Positions 25,533 through 38,673 of a DNA stretch of 64,000 nucleotides are shown here, one piece after another; position 1 is the stretch's first letter; every line of letters starts with the position of its first letter. The position numbers and the translations under genes are program-made. This DNA comes from Glycera tridactyla (lineage: Eukaryota): NCBI GenBank assembly GCA_965644265.1, contig OZ286461.1:94116001-94180000 (forward strand), written 5' to 3'. Under the pieces are notes generated by a model. It worked only from the letters and a program-made list of their open reading frames with translations, did no database searches and was not told the origin of the DNA.

Positions 25533-27126
25533 TACCTTGGTCTTATACTTCCTGGCAGAAGAATATTATAGAAGAAGGTTGATTGATTTGGTTTGGTTGA
25601 GGGTAAGAGCTATTTTGGAAGAGGGCAAAGAAAACTTGAATGTTACTTTCAGGTGTTAGGCTCACATTCAATCAGGAATTCTAGGAATATTATGTGTGGT
25701 GAAAGTCTAGAATGGAAATTTTCTGCTAAAATCCATGGCAGAATATTCTTTAGACCATTTGTTGGTGGCATGTAGGGCAGTTTCTCGTCACAGGTTGTAA
25801 TAGGTTTCACATTGAGCCAGATACATGAACATGTTTCCAGTTGTGTGCTTTGTATGAATCGGTACTGTACTCTGTGTGCATCATTGCTTTGGACTTGGGT
25901 GTCAACCCTAGCCCACTCACATCCATCACTGAGAATAGATATATCTTCATGCTTGTTAATGACTAACTAGGCCTGTGAGATACATCAGCTGATTCTGAGT
26001 CATCCCAGATTTGTGGTTTTGCAAGTCTTGGAAACATTGATGAAAGCGTCAGGGCAGTCCTCCAAACTACATGTACATAATGTGTTGATATAACCCAGTA
26101 GAAAAAAAAACTGCGGAGTTGCAAGCACCTGGGAATTTGGCAGCAATCATCACATTTTTCTCGGCATCCAATCAGTCATAAGAAGTTCAAATTTTTTGTG
26201 AGTATTCTGTAAACAAGGTCATTAATACTGATTCGATGATACAACTGTCATTGAAGATGACAGGTTGACATCCGGAGAAATGGTCACTTTGACTGTGTTG
26301 AAAAGTAGATCCAGGACAGTGGCTTGGAAGTAGCACATAATTCATAAAGTGAAGCACTTTTAGCCTGGCGATGGCCTACGCAAGTTTTTGGCATGTAAAA
26401 ATGGATGGATTCCAGACATAGTAATGAAAGATGTAATCTGGTGGAGTATTTTTGTTGGGTGAGATGTGGCTGGCTACGTAGAGTTTGTTGTTATTAATGT
26501 ATCATGGCACTCATACACACACAAGCCCAGCTGACGAGCTGGCTGCCTCCACACACACAGAGACAGACTGATGGGTGCCCCGGTATCTATCTCTCACTGC
26601 CAACACTAGCGACACAGACATGAGACAAACATTCTTCTTCCCTACATACATTCATCATTATTCCATATCAACCCTGGAGAAGTATGTTAAAAGCATTGAA
26701 AGAAACCAAGCAAAAATTTGGCATATCATTGAAAATTTGGCTCTGCACCACATGCTGAAGGCAAGGGGGAAAGTTTCGGACAGCTTTCAGACAGTTTTAG
26801 TCATGAAGTCTGAAGTGGTGTGAACTATTATGATTTTGGAGCAATGATTTCTTTCTTGAGCCAACTGTCATGGCATTTTGCGTCATATGTTACTCAAAGG
26901 AATTTGCAGATCCCTTTTAATATTTGATGGTAGCAAATATTGCCATAATTACTGCGGATTCATGAATTGGCTGCAAGAAAAGTAATGCCGAATCCTATTC
27001 GGACTGATATTGAGGTCACTGAGCTGAGTGATTGAAGAAATCATTCTGAATTTTACTCGACCGAAAATGTGTGCAAATGTGTGTATTTGTGGGGGTGTAC
27101 TCAAGAGGCCCCTGCATTCAACTTTT

Positions 27127-27282
27127 AATGAGAGACTGCACTGTCAGCAGAAAGTGGTCTCTCTAAAGAGGTGGTTTCGTCAAATATGTATTTGACTATG
27201 TCAAATAGAAAAGCATCCCTGAAAATGTGGTCTCCCATCAGAAGTGGTTTGTAAAGGGGGTCTGAATTTGCAGGTTCTACTG
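27127..27282. mobile_element. TA-TSD MITE family B, truncated
   Basis: Contains the family-B core TATTTGACTATGTCAAATAGAA and ends CAGGTTCTACTG|TA. Confidence 0.6.
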
Positions 27283-28194
27283 TAATCTCAATTTGGATAT
27301 ACCTACAAGTCCGAGAAATGGTCCATCTATATCCTACAGTGAGTGCTACAATTTTTCTCCTGAATGAAGCGTCATGGATTGATTGCAGTACTAGGCTACG
27401 GAGGCCCGCAATTGAGGTGTATTTGTGAATGGTGGCGACCTTGGTTTGATAGCTTCGCCACTCAGCAGGGGCTCTCATTGTAAATAAACAAATTGCCTCC
27501 CAATATATTTGGCAGCACTTGCCAGCTACATAAGAGTGCTGGCCCACTATGAGCCAAACTCCCCTGCTCCCTGTTGCAAACCAGCTCTTAATGAGAGTGA
27601 AGGGGATTCCAGAGTACTGGGATTAATGTGTTTAGATTGGGGGGGGGGGGGCTACCATCATTATACAACATTCAAGAACATTTTATTGTGACAAAAATTT
27701 TCATGAAAATTCACGGTATTCAAGAAATTGAGTCTTCGTTGGAGAAGCCAGAAGTTGTTGGATTTGGTTCCAACTACACAACTTAAATTTGTGCTTTCTG
27801 AAAATATATTGAATATATCAAGTGCGGATGTCATACTTGTGTTAAGTGAACTTCCCTATGGTGAAAACCAGATCTGGTAACTTTTATGACTGGCTGAATT
27901 CAGTCCTGTGTATGTTTGCACATCACTGCTTCTCACTGCCCACTTCTACAAGAGCTATGCTCATCCAATACTTTTGGCTTCTAAGGCTGAATTGTGAATT
28001 GCATATGAGATCTTGTCAAAATCAGTATTTTGCTTCAAAAAGTTAAATTGGTTTAGTTTCTACAATATTCTAGGCTGGAGGTTCAGCTTGTGAAGAGAAA
28101 TTAGGGTGTCCAGCAAAAAATCAGTGGTGAACAAACCAGGAATATGCTAGAGAAATGGGGCTAACGCGGTCACTGGTAAGGGTGCTTTTAGACT

Positions 28195-28225
<31 letters not shown>

Positions 28226-28444
28226 AAATGGGGGTAGAAAATGGGGGTTCGAGGACTCTGGCCAATTAGTGTTAACCACATTTGGGGCTGGTGTTCATCT
28301 ATGAATATAACCAAGGTGGACAACATCGCCCTCTACTGAAACCAAGCTATACTTTGCTCTTTTCAAAATCTTCTCTGTTATGATAGCTCGAGTCTTGGGT
28401 GTTGGGTCATTAACACAGATCTTTTTTCCTCCTTGAGAGGTGCA

Positions 28445-30153
28445 TTTTTATACCCCGCTTTTGAAAAAGCGGGGTATAATAGTTTCACCTCCGGCGTCCG
28501 TACGTACGTACGTACGTCCGTACGTCCGTCCGTCCGCTCACATTTCATGCAATAACTTTGAATTGGCTGGTCCAATTCTCATAAAACTTCATAACTGTGA
28601 TCTATGAAAAAATCGTATTCGAGAATTTGATTTTCGTACCCAAAGGTCAAAGGTCAAGGTCACAGGAGCTATTTATAGATTTTCTTATTTTACACTCTAA
28701 CTCAAGCGAGCTTAGATGGATATGCACCAAACTTACATAAAGTAATGACCCAATGTTGGGCCACCTCCCTTTCGATGCATGTGACCCTAGGTCAAAGGTC
28801 AAGGTCACAGGAGCTATTTATAGATTTTCCCATTTTACACTCTAACTCAAGCGAGCTTAGATGGATATGCACCAAACTTACATAAAGTGATGACCAAATG
28901 TTGGGCCACCTCCCTTTCGATGCATGTGACCCTAGGTCAAAGGTCAAGGTCACAGGAGCTATTTATAGATTTTCCCATTTTACACTCTAACTCAAGCGAG
29001 CTTAGATGGATATGCACCAAACTTACACAAAGTAATGACCTAATGGTAGGCCACCTCCCTTTCGATGCATGTGACCCCAGGTCGAAGGTCAAGGTCACAG
29101 GAGCTATTTATAGATTTCCCCATTTTACACTCTAACTCAAGCGAGCTTAGATGGATATGCACCAAACTTACACAAAGTAATGACTTAATGGTAGGCCACC
29201 TCCTTTACGATGCATGTGACCCCAGGTCAAAGGTCAAGGTCACCGAAGCTATTTATAAATTTTCTTTTTTCACACTCTAACTCAAGTTAGCCTGAATGGA
29301 TATGCATCAAAGTCACGCAAAGTAATGACCTCATGGTAGGCCACCTCCCTTCCGATGCATGTGACCCCAGGTCAAAGGTCAAGGTCACAGGAGCTATTTA
29401 TAGATTTCCCCATTTCACACTCTAACTCAAGCCAGCTTTGATGGATATTCACCAAACTTACACAAAGTAATGACTTGATGGTAGGCCACCTCTCTTCCAA
29501 TGCATGTGACCCCATGTCAAAGGTCAAGGTCACAGGAACTATTTACCGATTTTCCCATTTCACACTCTAACTCAAGCGAGATGGATATGCATCAAACTTA
29601 CACAAAGTAATGACCTAATGGTAGGCCACCTCCTTTACGATGCATTTGATCCTAGGTCAAAGGTCAAGGTCACAGGAACTATTCATAAATTTTCTCATTT
29701 CACACTCCAGCTCAAGCTTGCATTGATCGATATGCACCGAAGTTTCACAACGTAAAGACCCAATGGTGAGATATTTCCCATTTGATGCATGTGACCCTGC
29801 GTCAAAGGTCAAGGCCATAGGAGCTATTTTTAAATTTCCGCATCTCACACAATAACTCAGGCTAGCATTGTTGGATGAAGATCAAACTGATCTGGGATGA
29901 TCAAGCAATGTTACAACATCTCTCGTACAATGCATGTGACCCTAAGTCATAGGTCAAGGTGAATGTTTTAGGTGCTACTACATATGTATTAGATTTTCTT
30001 ATTCTACACAGTGATCCAGTGACTTATTACATAGCCAACCAAACATCTCAATGACCTTTTCCGATATGGGTTACCCACTGTGCTCCAGTGTGCGATATGG
30101 GTTACCCACTATGCTCCCGTGTGCGGGGTATATTGCCCCTCTGTGGCCTTGTT
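28445..30153 (+). mobile_element. Helentron-associated (HINE/DINE-1-like) element with 145-bp satellite array
   Basis: 5' hairpin TATACCCCGCTTTT-GA-AAAAGCGGGGTATA; (GTAC/GTCC)n microsatellite; ~9 units of 145 bp at 28641-29960; 3' subTIR GCGGGGTATA at 30123-30132, then a short palindrome and CTTGTT. Confidence 0.85.
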
Positions 30154-31889
30154 ATTGGTGGTGAATAGCTGACATGGATGTTCAGTTTCAAACCTACAGG
30201 TGGATGTTTTTATGAGCCAAATAAGAGAGAAAAAATAGGAAGAAGAATAAGAGGAAGGATTTGGTGTTAACCTGTGATGGGTGTGTTTACTACCATGGAC
30301 GTCTTCCCATCATCCAGCACTGCAGACCCAGATGCTGCCATGAGCAGTCCCTTCGCTGCCAAGGCACTGTGCACTGAATGATTGAGGCGAGCTTATTCTG
30401 TAGTGTCCAAGCACCAAAGAGCATGTGTCAGCTGACAGAAACTCTGCAATGACTCTGCTATGACATGCTCAATCATCCATACTGTAGCTGCCTGATTGGT
30501 GACATGATAGGCAGCTGCTTCCTTTCCACAGATGGCTGAAGTGAGACATTTGTCTCACAACTATACAAAAGGTGAGACATTCCACTCAAATATGAGACAA
30601 ATGTCTCACAATCTCCCCTGATATCCAACACTGGATGCCCATCAGAAAATCAGGCTAGTCAGCCATACTTCCTGGTGCATGAATAAGACAGAATCAAAGT
30701 GAAGGAATCTGGGTATTTTGCTTGGTGGTTGGGGGTATATGTGCCAATATAAACGTGAGCGTGTACTCCTCATTCACTTCCACTACAGGACTGCTACCTG
30801 CCAACACCTGTCATTAGACCCCACTATCTGTCCTGTCAAGCCACTTCCACGGAAATCCTGCTCAAATCACAACTGACAAACTCATTCAGCTCATTCCCTA
30901 AAGAAATATATGCAAGATCAGCAAGTGGCGCAATTGTTTGTGGGATGAAAGCAAATAGCAGAATACTTCCTGAGCAAAAATTGATTCTCCAGTCGTTGGT
31001 ATTACTGACACTTCGTCGTGTTGTCATTTGTATGCATTCTGCAGAATTTTACAAATTGTTGCAAGAAAAATGCTAATGCTCAGCACATTTCCGGGATTCT
31101 CATCAAGCATTCTTTTAGCATTTTGTATCAAAAGTTTTCTTAAGTTGGCAAAACTCATAAAATTGGTGGGGGAGGGGGGGGGGGGGGAAATAATCAGACT
31201 CTGTTACCATCCTTAGTTATCCCTGTATGAAGTTTTTTTTTCTGGAATCGTCAGTGGACATTTCCACTGTTCGATGTTATGAGTTTTTGAACCATTTGTC
31301 AGACAAATTTTCTGAAGTGATGAACATGGTCCAGATAACAAGTCAGAATGCCTGACGTAAACAGAATATTTCCAATGACTGACAAGCTTCTCACAAATAC
31401 TGCATTAAGCATGGTCTGTAGGTCTTTGCCATGAATACTACAACTCGAGTACCGCTCTTGAGGAAATGTTGAAATTGTTAGACTTGCAGCCTCCTTTGGG
31501 ATCCTTTAGGGGTTGGGTCTTCACATAGAGAGAAGGATTGTAACAGCTGGCAGGGTTGATTGATCCAGGTTTGGGTGAGATGAGCCAATGGCTTATTTTC
31601 TTTTGACAGCTGGACTTTACTGCTATATAATGACAGTGTGCTATGCTGGGTCCTCTATAAAACCAGAATGAGCATGGCCTCCTGAGGCTAATTTAGGCCA
31701 TTTCTAGATTCACCTTACTTATGTATAGATCAGTGCACGAAAACAAAATTCGTGAAATCATTTTGGTCATCAAGACTCAAATCATGAACACATTTTGTGT
31801 AGCAATTCATATTTTCTATTGAAATATAATACCATCATTGAAAATGAATGTTCATCTACTATCTTGATTTTGATTTTTGCTGAATCCTG

Positions 31890-32454
31890 GATCAATGAAG
31901 ATACGAATTGGTATTTGATTTGCATACTCCGGGATCGTGATCGACCGCGGCATCGCCGCATTCAAACGAACGAAACCCGCATGCTTTTTCTTGTGTGCAC
32001 CCGACTTGGCGCATAAAATATCAGTCAATCTGTCATGAAAACGTCTAAATCTCGCTAGAAATGTCGAAAATCCATTCTGAAACAGTCAACAGCTGGTCAA
32101 TTTGGCGAGATTTAGCGGTCAAAAGAGATGTTTACTCCTCAAGGCAGGTGATGAGGCCAAGATGGTGGAAGGCTCTCAAATGGTTATACTTGCCGAGTGT
32201 TTTCATCACGTTTATGGCGGAAATATCGTGATTTCCTCAAAAACAACCATAGATCACGAAATTAGGGTGATTCTTCGTGCATTTGGTACTATTTATTGGT
32301 ACCCGGCCGTATTTTTAGCGTTTTGCGAGCTATCAAAAATCGTGAAAAACATCGTTCAAGTGTAAGTGATTTGAGCATATAAAATTGTTGACAGGCGCAT
32401 TAAATGTCACCTGGTGCACCCTCGGGTGCACAAAAGATTGTCTCTGCATACTGG
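31890..32454. mobile_element. CpG-rich TE-like fragment with one hAT-like terminus
   Basis: CpG-dense compared with the flanks; palindrome GTGCACCCTCGGGTGCAC near the right end ...TCTCTGCATACTG; no matching left TIR or TSD found. Confidence 0.4.
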
Positions 32455-33287
32455 AGGCACCCAAAGCAGCAGTGATCATGATGAACCAGTTCTTAAAGAA
32501 TTCCAAAAGATGGGGGGGGGGGAGATGTATCTGATACATACTATCAGCACCCCATTGAATTTCATGATGAGATATTCTACTGATATAGAAGAAATCACAT
32601 TACCGTTATGCTGAGGATCCACTGACACCATGAAGAATCCCTTAATACATTTAATTTACAAGGTCAATTTACTTGTTTTGTACCTGGGAGGATACAGATC
32701 CCTCGTCCCTTCTTGGAAGATATGCATCCAGTTAAAGATGTGTAGTCATGTGCATAGTACTCACTGACGGAAGTCGCCATTAAAGGAGATATTGAACAAT
32801 TTTGCCACTTTTGTCACTATCAGCACGGGTTTATAGGGGTCTAAGTCTCAAATTAACACATCCCAGTCAAATATTTCAGATCCAGGTTGTTTTGTCAGAA
32901 AACAGAATTTTATGAGGCAGCTGCTCAGATTTCCGAATCAGATTCAGATTGAGATATAGTGTGCCGGGTCCGTCACCAGGGGTTTGGCGGGCATGTGGCG
33001 TGACGTCATGAGCTACATATCTCCTCATCACACTAGCAGGAGAATCATAGAGAAATAAACATCTGGATACAATAGCCGGTGCTATCTTTCCCCCCCTGTT
33101 TCTCACCCACCTCTTCCAACAACCACTTCCTTACCACACAGGTAAGCAGAAGAGAATTCTGTAAAAATTGTCATCAGAGGAAGAGTCAGGCTGTGGATTT
33201 GAGCAGAAACATTGAGCCTTATTCAATGGGACCTTCAACCAGCTCTTCCAGAATTATGATAGTGATTGATCTGATCTGAAGGGATAT

Positions 33288-33341
33288 CCACTTCTGAATC
33301 AACATATCATGTGACCACTTCTGAATCAACATATCATGTGA
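33288..33341. repeat. Perfect 27-bp tandem duplication
   Basis: CCACTTCTGAATCAACATATCATGTGA x2. Confidence 0.95.
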
Positions 33342-34053
33342 CAGAAGAAAATACAGATTCACTGCCTTGAGAATTACCTTTCTCAGTCATTCACTCACTC
33401 TGTCTGTCTCTTAGGTGGCCATTAATATCCACCTGAGCCATTGAATGTGAATGTCTAGTCACCAGTTGATAATACATGAGCATTCTGAACATGGTCTCAA
33501 GGCTCATTATTTGCAAAGGAGGCAATTTTTTCCATATAAATACCTCAATTTTGGTAACTGTTGCCCAATAAATCATACTGATTTTATTCTTCAACAGGTG
33601 GTTAAATGTCAAGGATAGCGGTAATAGCAGGGTTAAGACTCAGTAGCCCATCTCATCGCCACCCCACCCCCTTCTCTTATTCAGGCAAATTAGTTCTCCA
33701 CTCATCTATCAGGCACATAGTTTTTCAAATCCACTTGCCCCTGAGGAAAACATCAACTCTCTCCCTGTCTGTGTATAACCTTGGATGGCATTCTATCTCA
33801 AATGGCTAGGAAAATCTTCTTTTGTGAATGCTATCACAAACTGGAAGGAGCAGATGATCTTCCATTCTCCAAAAGGATATGAAACAAACCGCCTCAATCA
33901 GTGGGTGCTGGAAGCTTCACTCCATGAGTTTGTTCAGAATGGAGGCTGTTTTGGAGATGATGAACTATTGGATCATTAAGAATTTTCTGGCATATCAGTG
34001 ATTATGATGATTTAATATGTGCTGATTATGAGACCAAAATGTCTGGCACCATA

Positions 34054-34291
34054 CAGTGGGACCTGTGATGAGAAAGTGCCCTGAATATCCCAAAAGCTGG
34101 TCTCTTAAAAGAGGTGGTCTCTCTTCTAAGGTATATTTTACTATGACAAATAGGATAGCTGCCTTGCAAATGTGGTCTCGTCTCCGAGATTGTCTCTCAC
34201 CTGGGGTCTCGTCATAGATTTTACTGAATTGAGAAACTTTCATGACATCAGTAGTCTCCTATAATGGACCCGAATGAGACAGGTTTCACTG
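34054..34291. mobile_element. TA-TSD MITE family B, diverged
   Basis: TA|CAGTGGGACCTG...CAGGTTTCACTG; family-B core present. Confidence 0.6.
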
Positions 34292-34504
34292 TGGTTCATT
34301 TCTCATCCAGAATCATCTGCTACCTGAGTGCAGATCCACTATTTCAATGGGATGGAACACAAGTGAGTGACACTTCAGAGCAAGACTGATCTTGGATACA
34401 GTAAAATGTGATGAGATGCTTGTAGAGTCAACATTGATTGAAGCCTTGTCTCTCAAGGCACATGTTTGATTTGATGATTTCTTTCTGATTGGCATGATCA
34501 AATA

Positions 34505-34681
34505 CAGTCAAACCTGCAATGAGAGACCACCCTGAATGTCACCAAAAGGTGGTCTCTCAAAAGAGGTGGTCTCTCTTCGGAGGTATATTTGACTAGGTCA
34601 AATAGAAGAGGTGCCCTTGAAAAGCGGTCTCTCGTCAGAGGTGGTCTCTCATTGGGGGGTCTCTCATCGCAGGTTTCACTG
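34505..34681. mobile_element. TA-TSD MITE family B
   Basis: TA|CAGTCAAACCTGCAATGAGAGAC...GTCTCTCATCGCAGGTTTCACTG|TA; long imperfect TIRs; GGTGGTCTCTC repeats. Confidence 0.85.
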
Positions 34682-35054
34682 TATAACACTGATATGAGAC
34701 AACTTCATCTGAAAGTCAACCTTCTGGTAAACAAAGTCTTTTCACCGGTTTTGTTGAGGGGGCGCATGCAGGCAGAGGGGCTGATTAACAGACACTGAGA
34801 AACGAATGTAGACATAGATTCAGAGAGATAGGACAAAGGGGTATTTATTGGAAAAGAGGATGAGACTGTCATAAACAGGATATTGGGGGAATCTGTATGA
34901 GAGGGTAACTACTCCAGGGGTCAAATGGGGTATAATCTACTGTCCATCTGGCATGGTCCATAACACTATGGACAAGTGACCTCAAGATTACATTGCTATT
35001 CTACTTCTATATAGACTCTTGAAATACTACTTCATTTTTCCTGACTGATTGATC

Positions 35055-35319
35055 TTCTGAGATGGCACCATACTCGTATTTCAGTTTCACCTTTTAGAGG
35101 GTGAAACCAATTGTCTTTGACAATTGGAGGGCTGTGATGGAATCATCATCCTTGAAGTGGTCACTGCTCACAACAGATGGTCTGCTTGGTGTGAAATTCT
35201 TCCTTGATATTCTGTTAATCCACCACTGTTGAACTTTCACATCAGATGGGAAGTTGTGGAGTGACCTGGGTAATGTTTTAATTCCCATTACAACATTCAA
35301 ATACCACACTGTGGGGCAT
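35055..35319 (-). pseudogene. Decayed THAP zinc-finger coding remnant (transposon-derived)
   Basis: Minus strand reads MPHSVVFECCNGN* then, after a frameshift, SLHNFPSDVKVQQWWINRISRKNFTPSRPSVVSSDHFKDDD...*KVKLKYEYGAI. This follows the THAP pattern (C..C, FP, W, CSxHF, AVP-like box). Confidence 0.65.
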
Positions 35320-36027
35320 GATGAGCCAGGTGTTTTGACGATGTGCTATTTTGACCTATTAGTTTTGCACTGAGCTAGAGATGGCCAGTGTAGCTCTTGA
35401 CGTCACATGCCGATGATACCCGAGGAATACCGATGTACCAGATTCAAACATTCCAACTGTCTGACTACCCCAGAAAAGTTAGAAAAATAATTTGTTGCTG
35501 ATGTGCAAAAAAATGTTTCATTACCAAAGTATATGTAACTTTTTATATTCTTTCACATAAATTAAAGAGAATTTATTCTTTATATCTCCTTTAACACATG
35601 GTAAATCTTTCGCTAGCATTTTGGCGGACAGTGGATGGGTTTGATCAGCACTGTTGCCATTGGTGCGCAACCTTGAAACTGACCTCATGACCTCCCTTGA
35701 TCTGAGGGATCCCCATACTTACTCCATGTGGCCTGCTCAAAGGCTGGTGGGGATTTCCCCCTAGTACAAAGATCACAGACTTGAAATAATATTTGGTTTT
35801 TATACCAACCATTGGGAAGTATGTCTTCAGTATTTGATTTCAAAGAATATTGTCAACTGATATGATGTAAATGTGTAAACAAATGTGGAAATATTCAAGA
35901 ATCAAGAATCTGTTTCCTGAATTGTATATTGGACCCCTGAAGAGTACTGGAAAAGTGATATCTCTCATGACCTCCCCATGGCCTCTTGTATCTGGATACT
36001 GCATCATTTCTATTTCCCCATGTAGTA

Positions 36028-36206
36028 CAGTCAGACCTGTCTATAAAGACATTGGTTGTGTAAAAAAATGGTTGTTGTTGACAAGTGACCTGAAGGTGTA
36101 GAGATGTTATTTCATGTACAGAATACTATCCTGGTCAGGACACAGGGTGGCATTGGTGAGCACATGGCCTTTGTATCCAGGTGGTGTTTTCAAGCAGGAT
36201 TGACTC
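36028..36206. mobile_element. TA-TSD MITE, diverged
   Basis: TA|CAGTCAGACCTG...CAGGATTGACTC|TA. Confidence 0.55.
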
Positions 36207-36399
36207 TACTCTCTTTGAGAAGACTCAGGGAAGTAATAATTTCTGTATATTCTGAATGTACTGTCTAGCTGTGTACATTCCTCATTGTGAATTCTGCTTC
36301 TCACTTGCAGCAAAGTGGATTGATTGCCCCAGCAACGCTAGACCCCTCCCTCCTATGATTCATGATCACTCATGTTTTGTTTGATTTCTCTGTTTCCAG

Positions 36400-36455
36400 C
36401 TTTAAAGACCCCACCAGCATTTGCTGAGCAAAGGAAACAGCTGGAAAGGGCGAAG
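36400..36455 (+). CDS. MRTF: MRTF exon C (RPEL1-2 linker: PLKTPPAFAEQRKQLERAK)
   Basis: Acceptor ttgatttctctgtttccag, donor GTAAGA at 36456; 56 nt, phase 1-0; corresponds to vertebrate PLKSPAAFHEQRRSLERAR. Confidence 0.93.
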
Positions 36456-36479
36456 GTAAGAATTCTTACGAGTTATTAT

Positions 36480-36960
36480 TTTAGTAAAGCCATGATGAAT
36501 GAGCATTTTGACGGTTCCGGCTTGTTGCGGGTGCTGACATGAAGGTGAATTTTTCATCCTTAGGATCCAGGATCTGCCTGAAGAAGCCCGTTTCAAAACC
36601 TGGTTCATAGGTCTTCTCTGCTGAGGTGTGGAAGCATTAGATGTATGATGAGGTACTGTGTTGCTTTGGTAACAAAATCCATAGCAACAGACTACATTCA
36701 TCCTCTTGAACTGATGTAAATGGGGCCAATCAATGGTTTCATTTCTTGAAAGATGAGAGAGCGGTTAGTTTAAAAGAAAACTGAACATAATGTACCTTGA
36801 AGATTTGTTAATCGACCCAGTGTCTGGAATGAACATGGTGAGTTCCACCAGGTTACCAGATGTACCCGTGGGCGGATCGGGGTATGTTTGCCTGTCATCA
36901 AGTGAGTTTGATGTAACCTTGACAACATGTGCAATGACCTTGACCTCCAGCCTGTCTTCA
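36480..36960 (-). pseudogene. Possible decayed Gypsy-type RT fragment
   Basis: Minus-strand peptides HLMTGKHTPIRPR...WWNSP and ILDPKDEKFTF resemble Gypsy RT motifs; frames are fragmented. Confidence 0.3.
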
Positions 36961-37378
36961 GCAATGAACACACCTGTTAGAAGGGGGGGGGGGAGTCTGA
37001 GCGAAGTCATGTTGTGATCTCGAGGTGTGAATCGGTTCCTGAGTTTTTGAGTCATGGTGATGATGTGTACAGTGTTTATAGGTCACCACCTGCTCCCTGC
37101 ACATTGTTTTATAGACATTCCTTGTAGTGTTTCTTGAAGTGATATACTTAGGGTAGAACCCTTATAGAAATAGACATCTAACTTGAGGGTATATGAGCCA
37201 TGAAACCAAGAGATATTTTTCATTTATTGCCATCTGTCCACCCTGGGAAATGTCCACAATGGATTATGTTCACTCATATCTCCTTTGTATTTTTCCTGTC
37301 AATTTCAAATTCATTGCGGAGCACCCATTGTCAGAAAAGACAGATGTGTATCATATCAAAGGGGTCACTTTGAATATA

Positions 37379-37554
37379 CAGTCAAACCTGTATTCAGCAA
37401 CCACCCTTGGGACAATGAAAAGTGGTTGCTTAAGACAGGTGGTTGTCTAATACAGGTTAATTATAGTGAGAAATACTCTAGAGGGATTTTCAAAAGTGGT
37501 TGCTTAAGGCAGGTGGTTGCTTGATACAGGTGCCTTTTATAGCAGGTTCAACTG
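37379..37554. mobile_element. TA-TSD MITE family C (GTGGTTGCTTAA repeats)
   Basis: TA|CAGTCAAACCTG...CAGGTTCAACTG|TA. Confidence 0.85.
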
Positions 37555-38673
37555 TATGTATTGTTTGTATGGGGTGACTTGAAATATATGTAATATTTCA
37601 GAGGCCCCTTCGGGGATATTTCTGAGTAGAGAAGTGGATGAGACATATTTCCCACACTACCCCAAACCAATGGGACGATACTAAGCTTGATGAGACAAAT
37701 TCTCACTTATCGGGGATAAATTGCGTGATGTTCTATACTATATTGTCTGCACACTCAGATTAAGGTCTCTCACAGTGAAAAGGCACTCGCATAAGTGACA
37801 TTTGTTTTGAAGTACACTTGGAAAATGCTTTAATTAGATGGAATTTAAGCATATGTTGGACTCCTAATCAGAGACATTGGGACATTTTGTCCCTAACACT
37901 CCCAGACCGATGGGACATTAAAAAATTTGATGAGAGATTCTACCCAAATCTCACCCCAGGAATATCCCTGCCACTTAAAATATGTGTATCATTTCGAAGA
38001 GACTGCATAAGTTATCTTGATCTAAGTGGCACATGCAATTTCTCACTGTGCACCATGATCAGAAGTGTGGTCAGATGGGGGAAGCAGATTACCGTTGAGC
38101 AGATGCAGACTACCAGATGCAGACTACTGTGCCATTTGGCACAGTCCCTAGATATACGCTGGGGTTGATCTCTTGATGTGTTGACTCACAGCTTCACAAT
38201 CCAGACCTGCACATAGTGATTGGCTGAGATCTGGCTACTAGCTCATCTCTGCACCCCCTCCCCATGCCAGCTTCAGTCAGACATTGGTCTTTTCCAAATG
38301 GTCCTGCTCATCTAATTGGCTCCTAAAATTCAGATCTGGCTCCTCAAATACACTGAATCTTGCTCACAAATGGACTGCTCCTCCCAGGTTTGGTGCTAGA
38401 GACAAATTACCATATGCGTATTTGGTGAAAACCACTGAAATATCTTCCACGGGAAACTGGAGGCTCAAGCAAAAACTTCCATAGCTTTTTTTTTTAAAGT
38501 CTGTCAATGGCACACATATTTTTGCAGAATTTTTTGTATGAAGCAATATATTCACACAGAAAAGCTCCAAAATTGAGCTTTTGATTGCCAGGAATGGATA
38601 AGTAGTTCTGCATGATCCCGGCAAATATCTTGGCCCATTTGATGGTATAAAGGCTAATGGCCAGTAGAGATTG

